DNA of 64,000 nucleotides from Candidatus Daviesbacteria bacterium. GTDB taxonomy: Bacteria > Patescibacteriota > Microgenomatia > Daviesbacterales > UBA10151. Each line of letters opens with the position of its first letter. The stretch's first letter is position 1. Positions 27,307-36,589 of the stretch are shown piece by piece. A model generated the notes under the pieces. That model did not search any database, was not told the origin of the DNA, and worked only from the letters and a program-made list of their open reading frames with translations. The DNA lies in contig JAUSHL010000018.1 in NCBI GenBank assembly GCA_030648645.1, positions 2,225 through 66,224 of the forward strand, given 5' to 3'. The translations under genes were made by a program, and so were the position numbers.

Positions 27307-28383
27307 ATGTTCCTACCAAAATATACCATTACCAATAAAATCCTCAAAAATATTGGTGTTGTTGATGCCTCGAGAGAAGTGATCATAAATTCTCCCTTAA
27401 TTCCTGCCTGGGAGGCAAAATTCAGAAAAGAAGCTATAGAGAGAACAATTCATCATGGAACTCATATAGAAGGAAATCAGTTATCTTTTGAACAAGCCCA
27501 GGAAGTTTTAGATGGTCAGGATGTGATAGCTCGTGATCGAGATATTCAAGAGATTATAAATTATCGCAATGTTTTAAAATTTATTGATAATATTTCCAAT
27601 CAAATTGGATCTGGAGGTAATTATATTTTAACAATGGAAACAATTTTGGAAATTCATACATTAACCATCGAAAAATTGATAAATCCTGAATTTGCCGGGA
27701 AATTCAGATTGAAGCAAGTGGTGGTAAAAAATTCTTTAACAGGCATGGTTTCTTATACACCACCTCCTGCAGCTGAAGTGCCATATTTAATGGAAGATTT
27801 ATTAAATTGGATTAACTGCGATGATTCAGATGATGTTCATCCTATTTTAAAGGCTGGAATTATCCATTATGAGCTGGCCAGAATCCATCCTTTTGTAGAA
27901 GGAAATGGCAGGACTGCCAGAGCTACTGCAACTTTAGTATTATTTTTAGATAGTTATGATATTAGAAAATTTTTTTCTCTGGAGGAATATTTTGATAATA
28001 ACCCAATGGATTATTATTTAACACTGCAGGCGGTTTCCAACCAATTGGTTTTGGATTCCCATGAAAGGGATTTAACACCCTGGCTTGAATATTTTGTAGA
28101 AGGAGTGGCAATAGAATTAAATAAAATTAAGGAAAGGGTTCGTAGAATCTCCTTAGATTCAAGAGTAAAGGATAAATTAGGGGAGCAGGTAGAGTTAAAT
28201 GAAAGACAGATGATTATTATGGAATATTTACACAGACATAAACAAATGCAAAATCGGGATTTTAGAAAAATATTTCCGGATTATTCTGATGATACAGTCC
28301 TTCGAGAAATAAAATTCTTAAAACAAAAAGATTTAGTCAAAAAGACCGGTGGAACTAAAAATGCAGTATACGTTTTAAAGTAA
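27307..28383 (+). CDS. Fic family protein with C-terminal wHTH
   Basis: HPFVEGNGRTAR; GTHIEGN. Confidence 0.93.
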   Translation: MFLPKYTITNKILKNIGVVDASREVIINSPLIPAWEAKFRKEAIERTIHHGTHIEGNQLSFEQAQEVLDGQDVIARDRDIQEIINYRNVLKFIDNISNQIGSGGNYILTMETILEIHTLTIEKLINPEFAGKFRLKQVVVKNSLTGMVSYTPPPAAEVPYLMEDLLNWINCDDSDDVHPILKAGIIHYELARIHPFVEGNGRTARATATLVLFLDSYDIRKFFSLEEYFDNNPMDYYLTLQAVSNQLVLDSHERDLTPWLEYFVEGVAIELNKIKERVRRISLDSRVKDKLGEQVELNERQMIIMEYLHRHKQMQNRDFRKIFPDYSDDTVLREIKFLKQKDLVKKTGGTKNAVYVLK

Positions 28384-29046
28384 GGCAATAGAATCTCCGA
28401 TATTTTCTGAACCACGACCTTCTTTAGCTTTATATAATGCTTGATCAGCTCTTTGACGGATACTTCTTACAGTATCATCAGATTTTACTGCAGTTAATCC
28501 TAAACTCATGGTTTGCCTGTGAGGATAATTTTGGAAATTTTCTTTTGTTTCTACCTCAATGGCAGTTCTAATTCTTTTGGCAGCAGGAATAGCATTATCC
28601 ATCTCTGCCCCAACCATAAATATTAGAAATTCATCTCCTCCTCTAGCTAAGAGATCATATTCTTCCCGCCTACTTTTTCTCTTTTCTTTCATCTCATCTT
28701 CTGGCTCAGTAGTTCTAGTATGTTGGTGAAGAATTTTTCCAGCAAGTCTTAGCAAATCATCTCCTGTGGGATGTCCTTCTGAATCATTAAATGTTTTAAA
28801 ATAATCTAAATCTACACTAATTAAAGTTCCACTAATACCTTGTTCCAAATATGCAGACAGTATTTTTTCAAAACCATCTATTGATAAGAAATCTTCAATT
28901 AATCCATCCCGATGAACTAGTCTAAAAAATTCCACTTCACTCATAGTGCCATTTCTAATACGGTTATATTGCTCTTTTGTCTTTGGATCTATTGGAAATT
29001 CAAAAGTTATTGGAGATTGTTCAACTGTTTGATCCATTTCTCCCAT
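28375..29046 (-). CDS. GGDEF-domain protein
   Basis: DLDYFKTFNDSEGHPTGD, ARGGDEF, ADQALYKAKEGR. Confidence 0.9.
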   Translation of the reverse strand: MGEMDQTVEQSPITFEFPIDPKTKEQYNRIRNGTMSEVEFFRLVHRDGLIEDFLSIDGFEKILSAYLEQGISGTLISVDLDYFKTFNDSEGHPTGDDLLRLAGKILHQHTRTTEPEDEMKEKRKSRREEYDLLARGGDEFLIFMVGAEMDNAIPAAKRIRTAIEVETKENFQNYPHRQTMSLGLTAVKSDDTVRSIRQRADQALYKAKEGRGSENIGDSIALL

Positions 29047-29082
29047 TTTACATTAACAGAAGGATTTATTACAATCTTTGTG

Positions 29083-30903
29083 ATGATATTTGGTAAATTT
29101 GCGGAGTATTTGGAAAAATTAGAAACAACTTCTTCCAGATTATCTTTGATTGATATTTTAGCTGATCTTTTTTCTGAAGTTAAAGCAGATGAAATTGCTG
29201 AAGTGGTATATCTAATTCAGGGCAGAGTAGCTCCATTTTATGAACCAATTGAGATTGGGATGAGTGAAAAGTTAGTAGCAAGTGCAATTGCTCAAGCTTA
29301 TGGAGTTTCTAAAGAAGAAGTGTTGCAAGAATATAGCAAAGTGGGGGATTTGGGGAAGGTGACAGAGAAACTGGCGGGGCCTGCTATGTCATCCCTGCGA
29401 AAGCAGGGATCCATAAAGAATCCGGATGGATCCCGGATCCCTTCGGCCTCGCTCAGGGCGGGCAAGTCCGGGATGACAGTGGGAACGGTTTCTGAAACCT
29501 TATTGGAAATTGCCAAGATTTCTGGAAATGGGACTGTGGAAAAAAGAGTTAATCTTTTGTCTGATTTGTTAAAACAACTTGATCCAGTATCTGCCAAACA
29601 TTTAGTCAGAATTCCGATGGGAGCCTCCCGTCTTGGAGTTGGAGATCCCACAATCCTCGAAGCTTTTGCCCTCGCTAAATTGGGAGATAGAAAACATAGA
29701 AAAGTGTTGGAGGATGCTTACAATAAAACTTCTGATTTAGGAATTATTGGGCAGACTTTATGGAAAAGTGGAATAAAGGGGATTGAAAAATTGGATGTGG
29801 AGGTGGGAAGACCTTTAAGATCAGAGCTGACAGAAAGATTACCGGATGCAAAAACAATTTTGGAAAAAATGGGAGGCAGAGCTCATTGCCAACGGAAATT
29901 TGATGGATTTCGTGTACAAATCCATAAAAATGGGAATAATGTCAGATTATTTTCCAGAAATTTAGAAGAAACTACCCCAATGATGCCAGAGATTGTGGCA
30001 GGAGTATTAAGTCAGGTCAAAGCCAAAACTGCTATTTTGGACTCAGAAGCTCTGGCTTACAATCCTGATTCAGAGGAATTTTTACCTTTTCAGGAAACCA
30101 CTAAAAGGAGAAGAAAATATGATATTGAAGAAATGAGCAAAAAATTACCCCTGAAAGCTTTTGTTTTTGACATTATGTATCTTGATGGAAGATCGTTGGT
30201 CGGAGAATCGTTAGTCGAAAGAATGAAAAAATTAAAACAAGCAGTTTCAGGAGATGAAACCCTTATCCCTGAACCTGGGGTTTTTACAGATTCTGCAGAA
30301 AAAATCCAGGAACTTTTTGATGATGCTATTACCAAAGGGCTGGAAGGATTAATTGTTAAAAAACCTGATTCTAAATATGAAGCAGGAGCAAGGAATTTTA
30401 ATTGGGTAAAGCTAAAACGGCATAGTGCCGGGGAATTACACGACACCATTGATTGTGTAATTTTAGGATATATTTTTGGTAAAGGGAAAAGGTCTTCTTT
30501 TGGGGCAGGGTCACTCTTGGTTGGTGTTTATGATGAGAAAAAGGATATGTTTGTCACAGTTTCCAAAATTGGGACAGGACTTACAGATATAGAATGGAAA
30601 GAGGTACATAGGAGAGCTGATAAAATTTCTGTTGATAAAAAACCTGCCAGAGTTGATTCTGTGATAGTCCCTACAGTTTGGATTAAACCAGAGATTGTGA
30701 TAGAAGTTTTGGCAGATGAGATCACTAAATCTCCTACTCATACAGCAGGGAAGGTAGGAGATGAGCCTGGATTTGCCCTCAGATTTCCCAGATTGGTGAG
30801 GTTTAGAGCAGCTGACAAAAGACCTGAGGATGCCACAACTGTTCAGGAACTTTTAGAGATGTATAATATGCAATATGAGCATAAAAAAGAACAAAATAAG
30901 TAA
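29083..30903 (+). CDS. lig: ATP-dependent DNA ligase
   Basis: KFDGFR, EGLIVK, WVKLK, ALRFPR; in-frame repeat at 29387-29477; start reassigned from the ORF track. Confidence 0.95.
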   Translation: MIFGKFAEYLEKLETTSSRLSLIDILADLFSEVKADEIAEVVYLIQGRVAPFYEPIEIGMSEKLVASAIAQAYGVSKEEVLQEYSKVGDLGKVTEKLAGPAMSSLRKQGSIKNPDGSRIPSASLRAGKSGMTVGTVSETLLEIAKISGNGTVEKRVNLLSDLLKQLDPVSAKHLVRIPMGASRLGVGDPTILEAFALAKLGDRKHRKVLEDAYNKTSDLGIIGQTLWKSGIKGIEKLDVEVGRPLRSELTERLPDAKTILEKMGGRAHCQRKFDGFRVQIHKNGNNVRLFSRNLEETTPMMPEIVAGVLSQVKAKTAILDSEALAYNPDSEEFLPFQETTKRRRKYDIEEMSKKLPLKAFVFDIMYLDGRSLVGESLVERMKKLKQAVSGDETLIPEPGVFTDSAEKIQELFDDAITKGLEGLIVKKPDSKYEAGARNFNWVKLKRHSAGELHDTIDCVILGYIFGKGKRSSFGAGSLLVGVYDEKKDMFVTVSKIGTGLTDIEWKEVHRRADKISVDKKPARVDSVIVPTVWIKPEIVIEVLADEITKSPTHTAGKVGDEPGFALRFPRLVRFRAADKRPEDATTVQELLEMYNMQYEHKKEQNK

Positions 30904-31589
30904 TGGCTACTAGTTATGAAATGTTGCGGCACATGTATACCCAGTTGGAAACAGGTATTAATGGTTTTGCTACGGATGACGATCGGTATACCGATCGTCG
31001 GTATGTGGATCTTGGTAGAAACAAAAAGGATAAGTTCTTAACTATATCAACTAGCGTAAGCCTTCTTTATTACCCCAATCCAAGTTACCGTCTCAATTTA
31101 AGTATTGCTTATAGCCCTAAGGTAAAAAGGGGTGGTTATGGTGACTTAGATAGCCTACCTCCCCATTTAAAGATGAGATTTCCGTTAATAGGTGTATTTG
31201 ACTTTGATTGTGATAGACCCGAGCAAGTAACTACTCCCTTTGGTGCTTTACCCAGGTATATTATTGGCTCAGATGATAAATTGTATACGATACAAAATTA
31301 TTATTTCCTAAATTTCCAAGGGCAAGCGGTAAAAGTTGAAGAAGTATCTCAAGCTCAAGGTGAGAACCAGACTTTAGAAGAGGCGCTTAATGATTTTGGA
31401 GATGAAGGAGATATTGTTAGAGTATCATTTTCTCCTAGAAGGAATGGTAAAGGTAGTTGGAGTGTAGTCGTCGATTTAAGAGGTGGAGATTTGGAAAAGC
31501 TCGGATTTTTGGCTAGTGAGATAGAAAACGGGCAATTCAAAAAAGTGACTTTGCAAGATCTGGGCTTGCGCTCAGATTTCCAAGATTAG
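30903..31589 (+). CDS. Hypothetical protein
   Basis: 228 aa, coupled to the lig stop; its own stop lies inside the lig stub. Confidence 0.7.
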   Translation: MATSYEMLRHMYTQLETGINGFATDDDRYTDRRYVDLGRNKKDKFLTISTSVSLLYYPNPSYRLNLSIAYSPKVKRGGYGDLDSLPPHLKMRFPLIGVFDFDCDRPEQVTTPFGALPRYIIGSDDKLYTIQNYYFLNFQGQAVKVEEVSQAQGENQTLEEALNDFGDEGDIVRVSFSPRRNGKGSWSVVVDLRGGDLEKLGFLASEIENGQFKKVTLQDLGLRSDFQD

Positions 31590-31678
31590 TTAGATTTAGA
31601 GAAGAAGATAAAAGACCAGCAGATGCTGCAACTGTTAGAGAGCTGGAGATGTATGAGCAACAATACAAAAAGAGCTAG
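31568..31678 (+). pseudogene. Duplicate 3' stub of lig, copy 1
   Basis: ALRFPRLVRFREEDKRPADAATVRELEMYEQQYKKS*. Confidence 0.9.
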
Positions 31679-31741
31679 GTTGTATTATTAAATATAATGC
31701 AAGTTGACAAATATAATGTAAATTGGTAAAATTAATGTAAT

Positions 31742-31990
31742 ATGTACACAGTTTCTATTACTTCCCAAGGGCAAATAAGTATTCCTGTTAAACTCCGTCG
31801 TTTACTCGGCTTAGATAAATATAATAAGGCTATTATTTCTGAAAATGCCGGAAAATTAATAGTGGAGCCAGTAGGAGACATATTAAGCTTAGGTGGAACT
31901 TTTAAAACAAAGAAAAGACTACCATTTAGAAAAATCCATGAAGGATTTGAACAATATCTAGCAGATGAGGGAATGAAGGGAATGAGATGA
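31742..31990 (+). CDS. AbrB/MazE antitoxin
   Basis: SITSQGQISIPVKLRRLLGL; TTGACA-N17-TAAAAT promoter. Confidence 0.88.
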   Translation: MYTVSITSQGQISIPVKLRRLLGLDKYNKAIISENAGKLIVEPVGDILSLGGTFKTKKRLPFRKIHEGFEQYLADEGMKGMR

Positions 31991-32391
31991 CTAGTTTGGT
32001 TATAGATACCAACACCCTCCTAAGATTTTTACTAAACGATATTCCATCTCAATACAAATTAATCCACCAGAAAATTCAACAAGCTAAAGCGGGTAAAATA
32101 AAGTTAATTATTCCACAAATTGTAATGTTTGAAATAATCTATACTTTGGATAAAGTATACGGTTTTGATAAGAGAAAAATACTCCAAGGAATACAAGAAA
32201 TATTTTCGTCAGATTATTTAGAAATTCAGGATAAAGAAATTTTTATTGAGACCACAAAAATGTATGAAAACAGCAATAAAGTAAGTGTTGCAGACTGTTT
32301 TATATCTTCGTTTGCCAAGGCAAATGATGCAAAACTTTTTAGTTTTGATAAAGATCTCAATAAGCTCGTTTCCCAGGTTGGTAAGATTTAG
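31987..32391 (+). CDS. PIN-domain toxin
   Basis: VIDTNTLLRFLLND...SVADCFI...LFSFDKDL. Confidence 0.9.
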   Translation: MTSLVIDTNTLLRFLLNDIPSQYKLIHQKIQQAKAGKIKLIIPQIVMFEIIYTLDKVYGFDKRKILQGIQEIFSSDYLEIQDKEIFIETTKMYENSNKVSVADCFISSFAKANDAKLFSFDKDLNKLVSQVGKI

Positions 32392-32470
32392 AGAAACAGA
32401 TAGGCACTTTGAGGATGTTACAACTGTGAAAGAATTAGTAGAAATGTACCAACAGCAATATAAAAAATGA
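32369..32470 (+). pseudogene. Duplicate 3' stub of lig, copy 2
   Basis: FPRLVRFRETDRHFEDVTTVKELVEMYQQQYKK*. Confidence 0.9.
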
Positions 32471-33081
32471 ATCAGGAAATAAAAAACGGGAAAATTATAT
32501 TTTACAAGCAACTTATACTTATTCCTCCTGAATTGGCTGTACAGTGTGGTATTAGGACTGAGGCTCCAGTATTCATTGATCCTTGGGCATACTTTCCATA
32601 TGCACAAGAAAAAAAAGACAAAAAACTTTTAATTTATCAAGGAGGGCTAACTGTTCGGACGCATAATATAGATCAGGTTCGTGGTGGTATTAGATATTGG
32701 CAGAATAATTATTTAACAGGTGTAGCACGGCGTTGGTCGGTTGTATTAGAGCCTTTGGGGAAAACGTATCCCGATGAATTTTTTCATGCGGCACCAACCT
32801 ACAGGTCCGAAGCTATAACAGTAAGAAAAATTGTTCCGTTATGTGTGGGAAGACATAATGATGATCCTAATGTAGAAGGTCATAATGATGTAAGAGAAAT
32901 TCATGAGGGGGTGATCTTTGAAGGTGAATATGGTTTATGGCCAATTTGTAGTTTAGATAGACATAAAGACCCAGATTCTATTGATTGGCGTTACAGAAGA
33001 AGTTTTAATAATGGATCAATAAGTCGTATAAAGTATGGTTTTGTTGTGGATGAACAAGGAGGAATAAGTTTCTATAAATAA
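32467..33081 (+). CDS. Hypothetical protein
   Basis: 204 aa, ATGA-coupled to lig stub 2. Confidence 0.7.
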   Translation: MNQEIKNGKIIFYKQLILIPPELAVQCGIRTEAPVFIDPWAYFPYAQEKKDKKLLIYQGGLTVRTHNIDQVRGGIRYWQNNYLTGVARRWSVVLEPLGKTYPDEFFHAAPTYRSEAITVRKIVPLCVGRHNDDPNVEGHNDVREIHEGVIFEGEYGLWPICSLDRHKDPDSIDWRYRRSFNNGSISRIKYGFVVDEQGGISFYK

Positions 33082-33094
33082 TCTTATCTATTTG

Positions 33095-33124
33095 CCATAC
33101 TTGCACCGATCGGACTAAGTATGG
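33095..33124. repeat. Palindrome family C, copy 1 (upstream of PaaX-like gene 3)
   Basis: CCATACTTGCACCGATCGGACTAAGTATGG. Confidence 0.88.
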
Positions 33125-33130
33125 CAGAGT

Positions 33131-33661
33131 ATGGATATGGGGTTGTATATTAAAAAAGGAAGTTTAAGCCAAGCGTTATTGACTGCTTTGGAAAAAACTG
33201 TTGATGGTATGGTAAGACTGGAAGATTTTGCCTATCATTCAGGTTTTTATGCATATGGTGGTGGTTGGCAGTATCCTTTGAAAAAATCTGCTTTGTCCAA
33301 AGCTATTTCCAGATTAAAGGAAAAAGGTTTTGTTGAAACCGAGGGTAATGAAATAGAGTTAGTTCTGAAACTAACAGATGAGGGGAAACAGGCATTATTT
33401 TTATCTGGTATTTCTGAGGAAAAAAAATGGGATGGAAAATGGAGAATTGTTATTTTTGATATTCCGGAGGAGAAAAGATTAATCAGAAATATGTTCAGAA
33501 GAAATCTCAAGAAATGGGAATTTAAACCTTTGCAGAAATCTGTTTGGATTTCCAAAAAACATGTTACAGAAAAACTTATTGATTATATAAAATATTTAAA
33601 AATAGAGGAGTGGGTTTTAGTAATTGAATCTGATAAAATTGGCCCAAAATCCATACTTTGA
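33131..33661 (+). CDS. PaaX-like protein (wHTH + Cas2-like domain), paralog 3
   Basis: LKLTDEGK; WDGKWRIVIFDIPEEKR...FKPLQKSVWI. Confidence 0.85.
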   Translation: MDMGLYIKKGSLSQALLTALEKTVDGMVRLEDFAYHSGFYAYGGGWQYPLKKSALSKAISRLKEKGFVETEGNEIELVLKLTDEGKQALFLSGISEEKKWDGKWRIVIFDIPEEKRLIRNMFRRNLKKWEFKPLQKSVWISKKHVTEKLIDYIKYLKIEEWVLVIESDKIGPKSIL

Positions 33662-33680
33662 ACGATCGGATCAAGTATGG
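33651..33680. repeat. Palindrome family C, copy 2 (contains the stop codon of paralog 3)
   Basis: CCATACTTTGAACGATCGGATCAAGTATGG, 25/30 identical to copy 1. Confidence 0.88.
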
Positions 33681-33725
33681 ATTAAAATAGAATTTGAGTA
33701 TCAATTGTTGTGATATAATACTTCT

Positions 33726-33986
33726 ATGCCAAAGGTATTAAATTTTAGAGTCATTATCGAACAAGATGAGGATGGAGTTTTTGTAGCCTCTGTGCCGGCT
33801 ATTCCAGGTTGCTATACTCAAGGTAAAACTTATGATGAAGCAACCAAACGTATAAAAGAGGTAATTGAACTATGTTTAGAGGAGGCTAAGGATAATCCTG
33901 CATATAGAGCGAGGATTGATTTTAGCGAAAACTTTGAAGATAGATTTTTGGGAATAACCAATATCCCAGTAATCAATACTCTTTAA
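33726..33986 (+). CDS. hicB: HicB antitoxin
   Basis: IEQDEDGVFVASVPAIPGCYTQGKTYDEA. Confidence 0.9.
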   Translation: MPKVLNFRVIIEQDEDGVFVASVPAIPGCYTQGKTYDEATKRIKEVIELCLEEAKDNPAYRARIDFSENFEDRFLGITNIPVINTL

Positions 33987-34216
33987 TGCCTAAATTACCT
34001 GTTATTTCCGGAAAAGAATTAATTAAAATCCTTTTCAAACTTGGTTTTATAGAATCCAGGCAAACTGGTAGTCATAAAATTTTCAAGCATTCGGATGGTC
34101 GCACGACTTCAGTACCTATGCACTCAGGAGAAGATTTAGGTAAAGGTCTCTTGAGAAAAATTCTTCATCAAATTGAGGTTCCACCAGATCAATTTCAGAA
34201 ACTATTAAAAAGATAG
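33986..34216 (+). CDS. hicA: HicA toxin
   Basis: GFIESRQTGSHKIFKH...VPMH...LGKGLLRKIL. Confidence 0.9.
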   Translation: MPKLPVISGKELIKILFKLGFIESRQTGSHKIFKHSDGRTTSVPMHSGEDLGKGLLRKILHQIEVPPDQFQKLLKR

Positions 34217-34824
34217 TGAAACATATTATGTCCAAAGTTGATGCGTTGGCTGATTTAAAAAAGAAAATGGATGATGATAAAACCTTGCCTCTTCGGGAAG
34301 GGGCGACACAGTTGGTTTTTGGGGAAGGAAATCCTAATGCTTTAATTTATTATTTGGGAGAAGGACCTGGGTTTCATGAGGATAAGCAAGGCAGACCTTT
34401 TGTGGGGATGGCAGGAAAATTATTGGATGAGACAAATTTATCAATTGGAATAAAAAGAAAAGATGTTTATATTTCCAATGTAGTCAGATTTAGGCCACCT
34501 TCAAACAGAGATCCGGAAGAGTTTGAAATTATGGCTTTTCAACCCTATGTGGATGCCGAAATTCAAATAATAAAACCAAAAATAATTGTGACTTTGGGTA
34601 GATTTTCTATGGGAAAATTTTTCCCAGGAGAAAGAATTTCAGGTATTCATGGCAAACCTAAAAAAATGCTTTGGCAGGGATTGGATTTGGTAGTAATTCC
34701 AATGTATCATCCAGCAGCAGCTCTTCGAAATGGCAATATGATGCAATCTTTTAAAGAAGATTTTAAAATTATTCCCCAAATAATGGAAGAGTTGCATAAA
34801 ACAGAACAGATAAGTTTGTTTTAA
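34216..34824 (+). CDS. Uracil-DNA glycosylase family 4
   Basis: GEGPGFHEDKQGRPFVG, RPPSNRDP, YHPAAALR. Confidence 0.93.
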   Translation: MKHIMSKVDALADLKKKMDDDKTLPLREGATQLVFGEGNPNALIYYLGEGPGFHEDKQGRPFVGMAGKLLDETNLSIGIKRKDVYISNVVRFRPPSNRDPEEFEIMAFQPYVDAEIQIIKPKIIVTLGRFSMGKFFPGERISGIHGKPKKMLWQGLDLVVIPMYHPAAALRNGNMMQSFKEDFKIIPQIMEELHKTEQISLF

Positions 34825-34825
34825 A

Positions 34826-34950
34826 TTTGTTTGGGTTGTTCGGGGTCCTGTCGTTCGACAGCCCCGTCCGATGTCCTCTCCGGCAACTGCCGGATTGTGG
34901 GCACTCGACGGGGCGCCCCGTCTCACGCCACCCCTCACAAAGTGCACCAC
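34826..34950. other. GC-rich, highly structured intergenic element
   Basis: Nested stems GCCCCGTC/GACGGGGC, TCCGGCA/TGCCGGA, CTGTC/GACAG. Confidence 0.6.
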
Positions 34951-35006
34951 ATTTTTCAGTTAACCTTGATTTCGCTGTTTTTTGAAATAAATGTTAATAT
35001 ACTTAT

Positions 35007-35594
35007 ATGAATTTGAAATTAATTGTTGGGCTTGGAAATCCGGGAGAGAAATATGAAAATACCAGACATAATTTGGGGTTTAGAGTGGTGGATGAATTGA
35101 GTGAGAAGATAGAAGGTGGAGAATGGAAACTGGAAAAGAAATTTAAAAGCGAGATCCTTCTCCTTCGACAAGCTCAGGATCAGGATGACAATTTGATTTT
35201 GGTGAAACCCCAGACTTTTATGAATGAATCCGGATTGGCTGTTAAGCTTTTGGCAGATTATTACAAAATTTCAGTGGAGGATATCATTATTATTCATGAT
35301 GATGTAGATATTGTTTTGGGGAAAATTAAAGTAAGACAAGGAGGTTCCGGAGGGGGGCATCATGGGGTGGAATCAATAATCAAGCAGTTACTGAATGATC
35401 AATTTGTCAGAGTCAGATTAGGGATTGGGGGAGTTAAAAGATTAAGTGAAGAGAGAAACATCGAAAAATTTGTGCTGGAAACATTTTTGCCCAATGAGAG
35501 ATCTAAAGTTAAACACATGATCAAAACAGCAGTAGGGGCTATAAAACTTTTATTGGAAAAAGGTCTGGAAAAAGCTCAGAATCAGTATAATTAG
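35007..35594 (+). CDS. pth: Peptidyl-tRNA hydrolase
   Basis: IVGLGNPG..YENTRHNLG, KPQTFMNESG, HDD, GGHHG. Confidence 0.96.
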   Translation: MNLKLIVGLGNPGEKYENTRHNLGFRVVDELSEKIEGGEWKLEKKFKSEILLLRQAQDQDDNLILVKPQTFMNESGLAVKLLADYYKISVEDIIIIHDDVDIVLGKIKVRQGGSGGGHHGVESIIKQLLNDQFVRVRLGIGGVKRLSEERNIEKFVLETFLPNERSKVKHMIKTAVGAIKLLLEKGLEKAQNQYN

Positions 35595-35603
35595 TTGACT
35601 ATT

Positions 35604-35699
35604 GTCATTGCGAGCGTAGCGAAGCAATCTGATCCTGGACAAGCCAGGATGACAGAAGAGATTGCTTCGTCGCAAGCTCCTCGCAATGACAGGGATGAC
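35604..35699. repeat. REP-like palindrome cluster
   Basis: GTCATTGCGAGCGTAGCGAAGCAATCT...GAGATTGCTTCGTCGCAAGCTCCTCGCAATGAC. Confidence 0.85.
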
Positions 35700-35738
35700 A
35701 TTTGACTAAATATACTAATATAAAGTAAACTATCTCTC

Positions 35739-36548
35739 ATGGATTCTAAAAAAAGCTTTTTTACTCCTCCCGTAGCTATTTTAGCAGGCAGTATTATTAT
35801 TGCTTTGGCAATTTTAATTGCAGGTGGAACTATCTCTATTCCTTTAAAAGCAGTTAAGGGAGTAAAAACAGAAGCTACTGTTCCTACTCCTCGGATTACT
35901 CAAGTACCAGAACAGCCAGCAATCACCCTGGATATCATCAAAAATGCTTTTTTCAAAGCCTCGATTAAATTTGGTGATGTCAATAAAAAGTTGATTGCAA
36001 TTGAAATTTCTGATCCAAGTTGTCCTTATTGTCAGGTGGCAGCAGGTCAAAACAGTGCTTTAAATAAACAAATGGGTCCTCAATTTACGCTAGTGGCTGA
36101 TGGGGGAACTTATGTAGCTCCAGTAGTGGAAATTGAAAAATTAATTACTGCCGGCAAAGCTGCTTTTGCCTGGATCTATTATCCCGGTCATGGAGCAGGT
36201 GAGATGGGAACTAAAGCTATGTATTGCGCTTTTGAAAAAGGGAAATTTTGGGAAGTACATAATTTGATTATGAGTGAAAAAGGATATGATTTATTAAATG
36301 ATATTGTCAAAAATGATAAAACAAAATCAGCAGATATTGCCGAATTTCTGGCTCCGGTATTTGACTCAGTAGCGATGAAAGCCTGTTTGGACAGTGGTAA
36401 ATATGATCAACAATTAAGAGACGATATGGCAATTGCTACAAGTTTGGGTGTCCGCGGAACACCTGGATTTTATCTTAATACTGCAAATTTCCCTGGTGCT
36501 GTTCCATTTTCTGCCATGGAATCGGTAGTTAATTCTGCTTTAAAATAA
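35739..36548 (+). CDS. DsbA-like thioredoxin-fold protein
   Basis: SDPSCPYC, GVRGTPGF, N-terminal anchor. Confidence 0.88.
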   Translation: MDSKKSFFTPPVAILAGSIIIALAILIAGGTISIPLKAVKGVKTEATVPTPRITQVPEQPAITLDIIKNAFFKASIKFGDVNKKLIAIEISDPSCPYCQVAAGQNSALNKQMGPQFTLVADGGTYVAPVVEIEKLITAGKAAFAWIYYPGHGAGEMGTKAMYCAFEKGKFWEVHNLIMSEKGYDLLNDIVKNDKTKSADIAEFLAPVFDSVAMKACLDSGKYDQQLRDDMAIATSLGVRGTPGFYLNTANFPGAVPFSAMESVVNSALK

Positions 36549-36589
36549 TTTGGATTTTAAATCTTTATACTTCTTGATACAATTTCATT

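Noticed and set aside
28969-29082. N-terminal extension of the ligase (likewise ispG 40305-40454 and GT-C 55037-55093)
   Set aside because: These overlap neighbouring genes; downstream starts match family N-termini
30775-32470. Diversity-generating retroelement TR/VR pair
   Set aside because: Differences are not adenine-specific and no reverse transcriptase is present
5590-33680. CRISPR-Cas locus suggested by Cas2-like domains and 30-40 bp palindromic repeats
   Set aside because: Repeats occur as pairs about 560-750 bp apart around a gene, not as arrays with short spacers; no cas1 or effector genes are present
34639-34950. 103-aa minus-strand ORF, and ORFs at 15881-16132
   Set aside because: They are translations of repeat or structured DNA
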